30,416 nt of DNA, taken from positions 1 through 30,416 of IMG/VR virus record IMGVR_UViG_3300044771_000045; one strand, 5' to 3'. The position numbers and the translations under genes are program-made. Below, piece by piece: positions 24,875-30,416 of this stretch. Under the pieces are notes generated by a model, which saw nothing but the letters and a program-made list of their open reading frames with translations, did no database searches and was not told the origin of the DNA. Source of the stretch: a virus. Lineage: Duplodnaviria > Caudoviricetes. Within the stretch, counting starts at the first letter, position 1. Every line of letters starts with the position of its first letter.

Positions 24875-24890
24875 TCCCCCTCCTGGTGAT

Positions 24891-24916
24891 GGGCGGGAGC
24901 CCGAAGGCCCCCGCCC
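24891..24916 (-). other. Stable UUCG-loop hairpin after the capsid gene (no U-tract; likely mRNA stabiliser or pause)
   Basis: Minus strand GGGCGGGGGCC-TTCG-GGCTCCCGCCC. Confidence 0.6.
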
Positions 24917-24947
24917 CATTGTTGTCGGTTTACCGAACCGCCCCGGT

Positions 24948-26249
24948 CTAGCTCGTCGAGTCGTCGAGGTACGTGAAGCCGTCGGGCACCCCGGGCGCCC
25001 CGTCCTGCCGGAGCACGAACCGGATCGCCGTCTCGTCGTACTCGAAGTACCGGTCGCGGGACGTGTCGATCGTGAGGTTCTGCCGGACCCCCCACAGGTA
25101 GAACTCGAGGGCGGCGAGGATCAGGTCGCCCTTCTGCCCGTAGGGCTTGGCGTTCCGGGTGCAGACTACGGGGTACCCGTTGAGCTGCTTCGACATGGCC
25201 TGGCCGAAGAACGCCGAGTAGCCGTCGTGGTAGATCGGCTGCTTGTTGGTGTCCTTGAGCTTCCGCAGCGCGTTGCACGACGCCTTCCGGCAGATGTAGG
25301 TCAGGTTGTCGAAGTTCTCGTCGAGCTGGGAGTCCAGGTCGATCACGTCGTCGTAGTCGATCTGGCCGGCCGTCGCGCGCGGGATCGGGATGACGTTCGG
25401 GTCCAGCAGGATCCCGAGCATCTGGTCGTTGAGGCCCGTTCCGGCGATGACCTCGTGCTCGGTCTCCCACTGGAAGGCGCGCACGAAGATCGATGTCACG
25501 TAGTTGATGATGTTGATCGAGGAGTCCGCGATCACCTCGTCGGTCAGCGCGATAAGACCGATGAGCTTCTTCGCGTTCAGCTCGACGTGATCGAAGACTG
25601 GCTTGGTCTTGGTCTTCAGCCCCGCCTCGCCAGGGTGGTACAGGTGGATCCCGCCGAAATACGATCCGGCGGCCTGGACCAGCCGCGGGATGCGCAGCGT
25701 CTGCGCGCCGAGCGGGAGCCTCCAGAGCTTCGGGAGGATTGCCGACTGCGCGGTGGCGAACTCGATGACGACCGCCAGGAACTCGATCGGCACGAGCACG
25801 CCGGCGTCGTTCGTGGTCAGCGGCCCGGTCACCTTCACGTTCTCGGCCTCGACCATCGCGCTGTACTCGCGGATGTCGAAGCCCATGGACTGGGCCTTGT
25901 TGTAGTCGCCCCGGCATTTCAGGACCTGGGCGAACTTCTGCATGGCCGGGGACAGCGAAAGCCACGGCCCGCCCCCACTCGCCCCGAGTCCCTTCGCCAG
26001 CGCGACCGCGTCATGCGGCCCGCCGTCCCTCCGGAAGTCCTTCCGGAAATACCGGGTGTCGATGATCGACTTCCCGCACGTCTCCAGCAGAGCCCCGTCC
26101 CCGCCGGGGAACAGAGACGCGCGCTCTACCCGCGCCATGTCGTCCTTCAACGCCTTGATCTGGGGGAACTCCATCCCCTCGATCGCCTTCGCGAGAATCC
26201 CCGGAAGGTCCTTCATGTCGATCGTTACTTGCTGGTTTTCACCGGGCAT
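24948..26249 (-). CDS. Major capsid protein, HK97 fold, 433 aa
   Basis: G.LVP.EF...VI, P.F..VEL.AKKL.GLI.LT.E.I.DS, GTG.N....GI, LRKLKD.N..PI, L.GYPV, F..D..A.R...R.DG motifs. Confidence 0.96.
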   Translation of the reverse strand: MPGENQQVTIDMKDLPGILAKAIEGMEFPQIKALKDDMARVERASLFPGGDGALLETCGKSIIDTRYFRKDFRRDGGPHDAVALAKGLGASGGGPWLSLSPAMQKFAQVLKCRGDYNKAQSMGFDIREYSAMVEAENVKVTGPLTTNDAGVLVPIEFLAVVIEFATAQSAILPKLWRLPLGAQTLRIPRLVQAAGSYFGGIHLYHPGEAGLKTKTKPVFDHVELNAKKLIGLIALTDEVIADSSINIINYVTSIFVRAFQWETEHEVIAGTGLNDQMLGILLDPNVIPIPRATAGQIDYDDVIDLDSQLDENFDNLTYICRKASCNALRKLKDTNKQPIYHDGYSAFFGQAMSKQLNGYPVVCTRNAKPYGQKGDLILAALEFYLWGVRQNLTIDTSRDRYFEYDETAIRFVLRQDGAPGVPDGFTYLDDSTS

Positions 26250-26270
26250 CGGTTATTTCCTCCGTGAGCC

Positions 26271-26298
26271 GAAATAAAAAAAGCCCCGCACGCGGGGC
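26271..26298 (-). terminator. Intrinsic terminator-like hairpin upstream of the capsid gene
   Basis: Minus strand GCCCCG-CGTG-CGGGGC followed by TTTTTTTATTTC. Confidence 0.75.
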
Positions 26299-26327
26299 CT
26301 TCGTTACGTTCGGCTGTCTGTTTGGGT

Positions 26328-27599
26328 TTAGGGGACGCGCCCCATGAGCTTGTCGACCTGCGCCTTGAAGACGGGACGGATCGCCTCGGCTACCGCCGCC
26401 ACGGTTCGATCCCTCTCCTCGGCCTTCCTGCGCTCCTCCTCCTGGAGCTCTTTCGCGGAATCGCGGAAGACCAAGCGGGGAGGATCAATCTTCTCCGGAG
26501 GATTGTCTTGGCTCCCGTCGCCCTTTTCCCCGCCATCCGGTTCGGGCGGGAGGGACTTCAGGAGCGGTTCCAGTTTCGTGAGTCTCTCTTTTAGGTTCTC
26601 AATGGCGTCGGTAAATTCCTTGAATGTCTTCGGCAGCATCAGGATCTGACCCTGAAGCCCATCCCATTTGGCGAGAATATCCTTGATCTGCTCTGCTTCT
26701 GTGCGCGCAACCGAGATTTCTTCCTCCACGATCTTCGTCAGCAGTTCAGGCTCCGCCTCTGGGGTATCCTCTTCCTTCCCGGTCGCGGGCTCGAAGAGGA
26801 TGCACGTGTGGTCGTGATCTTTCGCCCACGCCTTTGCCTGGTCTGCTGTGAACTTGTCGGTGGAGAAGCGGATCGCCTGGAGGTGCGCCTTGTCATCCTT
26901 GATGCCCCAGATCGCGTGGATACCGTCGCCGAACTTGTCGTTCTCCCGGCGCTTCTTCGGGAACTGGTCCGGATCCTTGACCCGGCAGGAATGCTCGTTC
27001 GCGAACGGCTTCTCCTCGTAGTGTTTCTCGCATCCCTGCCCGCAGTCCTTGCAGTCCTTCACATCGACGAAGCCGAACCAGCGCGATTCCTCGACCTTGA
27101 CCTCCTCGCCCTTATCCACTTTGTCGAGGAACTCCTTGACCGTCTGTGCGAAGGGGTTCATCGGGACGCCGACGGGGGAGTACTCCAGGAGCGTCCATTT
27201 CGTCACGTCGCGTCCGTCGTATTTCCCTTCCCGCAGGAGATCCTTCGCCTCGTCCACCATGTAGCCGATCGACCAGTTCGGTAGGAAGCCGCCCTTGACC
27301 TTCTGGTAGAGGCGATTGCCCACCTCGTCGGGGAAGAACTGCGTCTTGGCGAGGATCCCTGGCTGGCCCTTGAATTCGTCTACGTCGATCGATAAAGGCT
27401 TTCCGATCGGCTCGCTTCCCATCGCCCCCCGGCCGTGGAGCAGGAGCACGACCGGCTTCCCGATGACCTTCATCCCCTTGGCGCGCATGACGTCGCCGCC
27501 GCGGTCCTTGTGCTCCGTGGAGATGAAGTGCTCGACGATCAAGTTCTCGTCGTCGAATTTCTTCACCTCCGCTGTCACGAACTTGTACTCGATCGGCAT
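26328..27599 (-). CDS. HK97-type prohead protease with C-terminal extension, 423 aa
   Basis: Start re-called at ATG 27599 (SD AAGGAG); ST...DR.GD, PVVL..H, PIGK, WSIGY, LLEYS.V.VP.NP.A motifs. Confidence 0.92.
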   Translation of the reverse strand: MPIEYKFVTAEVKKFDDENLIVEHFISTEHKDRGGDVMRAKGMKVIGKPVVLLLHGRGAMGSEPIGKPLSIDVDEFKGQPGILAKTQFFPDEVGNRLYQKVKGGFLPNWSIGYMVDEAKDLLREGKYDGRDVTKWTLLEYSPVGVPMNPFAQTVKEFLDKVDKGEEVKVEESRWFGFVDVKDCKDCGQGCEKHYEEKPFANEHSCRVKDPDQFPKKRRENDKFGDGIHAIWGIKDDKAHLQAIRFSTDKFTADQAKAWAKDHDHTCILFEPATGKEEDTPEAEPELLTKIVEEEISVARTEAEQIKDILAKWDGLQGQILMLPKTFKEFTDAIENLKERLTKLEPLLKSLPPEPDGGEKGDGSQDNPPEKIDPPRLVFRDSAKELQEEERRKAEERDRTVAAVAEAIRPVFKAQVDKLMGRVP

Positions 27600-27625
27600 G
27601 GCCGTCTCCTTTTCGGCAGTTGCTT

Positions 27626-27654
27626 GAAATAAAAAACCCCGCTCGCAAGCGGGG
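27626..27654 (-). terminator. Intrinsic terminator-like hairpin upstream of the protease gene
   Basis: Minus strand CCCCGCT-TGCG-AGCGGGG followed by TTTTTTATTTC. Confidence 0.75.
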
Positions 27655-27661
27655 CGTAAAG

Positions 27662-27677
27662 AGTTCCACGTGGAACG
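27662..27677. promoter_or_regulatory. parS: parS-like palindrome (chromosomal ParB binding site)
   Basis: AGTTCCACGTGGAACG has a perfect 14-bp palindromic core GTTCCACGTGGAAC (27663-27676) matching the bacterial chromosomal parS consensus; intergenic. Confidence 0.7.
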
Positions 27678-27682
27678 GGGAA

Positions 27683-29869
27683 CTATGCTTTCTCGTACCC
27701 CATGGCGCAGCGGCACGAAATATTTTCCCCGGGGTCGCTCCCGTTCCCCGGCGCATCCATCTCGTCGTCGCCGACCTGGAACATCTCGCTGATCGGGATT
27801 CCGTCCGCGTACCTTGCGCCGGCCTCCACGTGCGTCGGCCGCACGGCCTCGTCGCCCGCGGTGATCCAAGTTTTGAGGACCTTCTCCTCGATCCCCGCCT
27901 GCCGGATTGCCAGAATGTCGGCCATATTGTTTCCGGCCATGACCTCGGTACGGGAGATGAGCGGGGCGCGATACGCTTCGTAGGAGTCGAACTTTTCCCG
28001 CAGCGTGTCCGCGATCGCGGAGAGGGGCTTCCCCTCCGAGAATCCCTGGCGAAGGATCGCCTTGATGTCGTCGAAGGTCGACCCGGAGACTTCGGACGAG
28101 AACATCTCCATCCGTGTCCCGAGCCATTTTTTCACCTTTGGGTCGTTCACGTCGAAGACGACGGCCGCGCCGAGCTCGCGCAACACGCGGGCGCCGCCCT
28201 CCTCCACCATCGTCGTAACGGGCGGAGTGAACAGTAATTTCAGCCGTGCGGCCTCCGCCTTCTTGTCGATGTTGATATTGTCACCAACGCCCTTCTTGGC
28301 GATGTGCTCCTGGACGGCCTTCCGGGACCAGCCGGCGTACTGCGCCTCGGTCTGCGGGCCCAGCCGGTTCAGCCGCGCGATGACCTCCTGGCCCTGGGCC
28401 TTGAAATATCCTTTCATTTGCCCGGACAGCATCCGCTCCCAGGGAGCGGTGCGGGCGATGAAGAGCTGCCAGCGACGGTTGCGCCGGTCGGTGCGGGATG
28501 CCTTCTCCTCAGGTTCGCCCTCCTTCGGCGGGGGCGGTGGTTCGGGCGAATCCTCTCCCCAAGGCATCACCGAGAACGGGATGAACGGCTTGTCCCCCCA
28601 CGGGACCGTAGGACGGCCCTTGCGTATCAGGTACCCGTTGGCGGTGAGAGCAAAGTTGCGGAACTCCATCTCCGTCTCAAGGAGCTCGAACTCCCGGTTC
28701 CCGGTATCCGCGCGCTCGAATTCGCAGAACAGCCCTTTGTCATAACGCGGCATCAGGAACGTATTGATCTGCTCCTCGATCAGCGTGGCCTTCGGGTTGA
28801 TGCACTCCTTCTCGAACGTCTCGTCCAGGACCTCCATGTTCGCCCTGTTGGACGGGACCTCGAGGCCGAGCTTCGCCTCGGAGAGGTCGTAGGAGGTGAT
28901 GATCTTCTCGCGTGCGTACTTGGCAAGGCCGGTGACATTCATGTCCTTGTTGGACCAGCCCGCCTTATCGGCTTTCAGGCCCGAGTGCGTGATGAGCGGC
29001 CGTCCGGACTGCGTCGCAGATCCCCACTGCTCTCGGATCTGTTCCTTGATCTCGTCCAGCTTATCCTTGAGAAGCTGTTGCTCGGTGTGGAGGTGCATCC
29101 CAGGGATGCCCATGTTCTTCAGGAGCGCGCGCTGCTGCTGCATGAGGAATAGGTCGATGTCGTAGGGGTAGGTCTGCGCCATGAGCGGGGAGAAGCCCTG
29201 CCAGGGGGAAGCGGGATGCGGATATTTCAGGGCGAGGATATTCTGCGGGGGGAAGTTCTTGTTCACCTGTCCGTCGCGGTAGACCCAGGCCTCGATCCGC
29301 ATGTCCTCCTTGACCTTCGCACGGATCTCCGCAGTACGGGTAAGCGGCAGCGGCCAGATCTCGCCCGGCAGCCCGAGCCCGTTGGCCGGCAGATACCAGG
29401 CGCACAGCCCGCCGAGCTCCATGCGCATGACGGTCTCGTACCACAGGACCATCCGGGACATGATGTCGTTGGGCCGATGGATGAGATCGAGGAATGGATG
29501 CTCGAGGACTTCCCGCTTCTCGACCCCCATCTCCTTGAGCGCGTAGGCTTGCTCCGCAGCCGTTCCGAGTGACTTGATCTGAAGATAGATCGCCATCGGA
29601 TCAAGGATCTTCGTCCCGTCCTTCCGGCGCAGCGTGAACAGCCGCATGGGCCTCGTGGAGAGCGTCTTTCCGATCTTGTCGATCGCCGTGTAGATCCAGG
29701 ACTTGTAGGCGTCGACCAGCTGCGCGTAGGTCTTTTCCGGGGCGATGCCAGCCCCCGCGCCGGTGAGGACGGCGGACAGGAGTTGCGAGATTTCCGAATT
29801 TTGCGCGGCCGCCTTCTCGCGGAGCCCCGCCTCGACTCCGGCGAACAGGTCCATCTCTTCTGTCGGCAT
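27683..29869 (-). CDS. Portal protein fused to a MuF/SPP1 gp7-like head morphogenesis domain, 728 aa
   Basis: Start re-called at ATG 29869 (SD GGAGGAGG). Portal motifs WIY.AI..I, HP.L.L..RPN, G.P.E.WPL, G.SP; Pro-rich linker; gp7 motifs RA..I.RTE, K.W.TA.D..VR..H, PG....P.E.I.CRC. Confidence 0.93.
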   Translation of the reverse strand: MPTEEMDLFAGVEAGLREKAAAQNSEISQLLSAVLTGAGAGIAPEKTYAQLVDAYKSWIYTAIDKIGKTLSTRPMRLFTLRRKDGTKILDPMAIYLQIKSLGTAAEQAYALKEMGVEKREVLEHPFLDLIHRPNDIMSRMVLWYETVMRMELGGLCAWYLPANGLGLPGEIWPLPLTRTAEIRAKVKEDMRIEAWVYRDGQVNKNFPPQNILALKYPHPASPWQGFSPLMAQTYPYDIDLFLMQQQRALLKNMGIPGMHLHTEQQLLKDKLDEIKEQIREQWGSATQSGRPLITHSGLKADKAGWSNKDMNVTGLAKYAREKIITSYDLSEAKLGLEVPSNRANMEVLDETFEKECINPKATLIEEQINTFLMPRYDKGLFCEFERADTGNREFELLETEMEFRNFALTANGYLIRKGRPTVPWGDKPFIPFSVMPWGEDSPEPPPPPKEGEPEEKASRTDRRNRRWQLFIARTAPWERMLSGQMKGYFKAQGQEVIARLNRLGPQTEAQYAGWSRKAVQEHIAKKGVGDNINIDKKAEAARLKLLFTPPVTTMVEEGGARVLRELGAAVVFDVNDPKVKKWLGTRMEMFSSEVSGSTFDDIKAILRQGFSEGKPLSAIADTLREKFDSYEAYRAPLISRTEVMAGNNMADILAIRQAGIEEKVLKTWITAGDEAVRPTHVEAGARYADGIPISEMFQVGDDEMDAPGNGSDPGENISCRCAMGYEKA

Positions 29870-29883
29870 GCCTCCTCCGTCTC

Positions 29884-30416
29884 TTACGCGAAAGCGAAGC
29901 CGGGCACGGCCCGGTTGCTCAACCAATGGACAGCCTGTGTGCATGCATCGACCTGATCGTCATTCGCCCCGCGGGGGAACGAGGTGCACTCGCCAACGAA
30001 CTCCTCGACCCATGGCGCGATCGAGGGATCGGGAAGGTACAGGTTCCCGGCTTCCTGCTGAGGCTGAATCGCGAAGGCCCGGGCTTCCTTGCCGCCTTCC
30101 GGTTCGATGGCGATGATCCCAGGGATCTCTTTCGTCAGCGTTTCGATGACGGCCGGCCCGTTCGCCTTGTCCTCAACGAGGACCGCGGTCGCCTTCGGAT
30201 ACGTGCCCTTCAGGTTCCGCACGGCTTGGCAGGATGCGGCAAACCCCATGCGCTCCCGTATCATGACCGGGAGGAGGTACTTGTCTGCGCCCTTGCGGCC
30301 CCAGCCCTGCCCGACGACGTAATCGCTGTCGGTCATCTTCTTGAACGTCATATCGAACGAGAGGATAATCTCGTCGAACTTCTCGGGGAGCGCCTTGTAG
30401 TATTTCCAGCACTCCC
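29884..30416 (-). CDS. terL: Terminase large subunit, C-terminal nuclease domain (5' truncated by the window)
   Basis: Frame open to the window edge: ...FDEIILSFDMTFK..DSDYVVGQ.WG, VLVEDKANG, P.G.K.ARA, E...FP.G.NDDQVDA..QA. Confidence 0.95.
   Translation of the reverse strand, partial: ECWKYYKALPEKFDEIILSFDMTFKKMTDSDYVVGQGWGRKGADKYLLPVMIRERMGFAASCQAVRNLKGTYPKATAVLVEDKANGPAVIETLTKEIPGIIAIEPEGGKEARAFAIQPQQEAGNLYLPDPSIAPWVEEFVGECTSFPRGANDDQVDACTQAVHWLSNRAVPGFAFA

Larger units (their letters stand above)
1..30416. mobile_element. Tailed phage/prophage segment (packaging, head, neck, tail and lysis modules plus accessory small ORFs)
   Basis: Canonical order terminase-portal-protease-capsid-neck-tail tube-chaperones-tape measure-tail tip-endolysin-holin on the minus strand. 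No integrase or att site in the window, so prophage versus free phage is undetermined. Confidence 0.97.

Noticed and set aside
24684-26267. 527-aa plus-strand ORF and the 371-aa alternate-frame minus ORF (24850..25965)
   Set aside because: Shadows of the strongly codon-biased capsid gene, with Arg/Gly/Pro-rich or motif-free translations.
27600-28127. N-terminal 176-aa extension of the protease ORF given in the track
   Set aside because: It overlaps the portal-MuF gene in another frame and crosses the terminator/parS gap; the SD supports ATG 27599. Similar over-extensions were trimmed for several other genes.
1-30416. Alternative genetic code or contractile tail
   Set aside because: TAA, TAG and TGA all end well-supported genes, and no sheath or baseplate wedge (gpJ/gp25-like) gene was recognised.

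Overview
A GC-rich tailed-phage or prophage segment, most likely a siphovirus because no tail sheath gene is seen. The host is probably Gram-negative (inference from a lipoprotein, a GT9 enzyme and the parS variant). From 30416 down to 1519 the minus strand carries a tightly coupled late operon. Head and neck: terminase large subunit (partial), a portal fused to a MuF/gp7-like domain, an HK97-type prohead protease with a long C-terminal extension, the major capsid protein, an inserted glycan-modification cluster (GT-B glycosyltransferase, SAM methyltransferase, GT9 heptosyltransferase-like protein and three small ORFs), then neck genes. Tail: tail tube, tail chaperones with a -1 frameshift, tape measure, duplicated and split distal-tail genes, large tail-tip proteins and repeat-rich fibre proteins. 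Lysis: an amidase endolysin and an expanded set of small membrane or exported proteins. Positions 1-1533 hold a convergent plus-strand string of small accessory ORFs and a 246-nt tRNA-shaped RNA whose anticodon arm is replaced by a roughly 185-nt structured insert. The most notable items are this RNA, the candidate virion-glycosylation cluster, a host-type parS palindrome between portal and protease, a split distal-tail paralog with a propeller insertion, and a shared hairpin/U-tract motif just upstream of four major late genes. All protein calls come from motifs and gene order read by eye; no database search was run.
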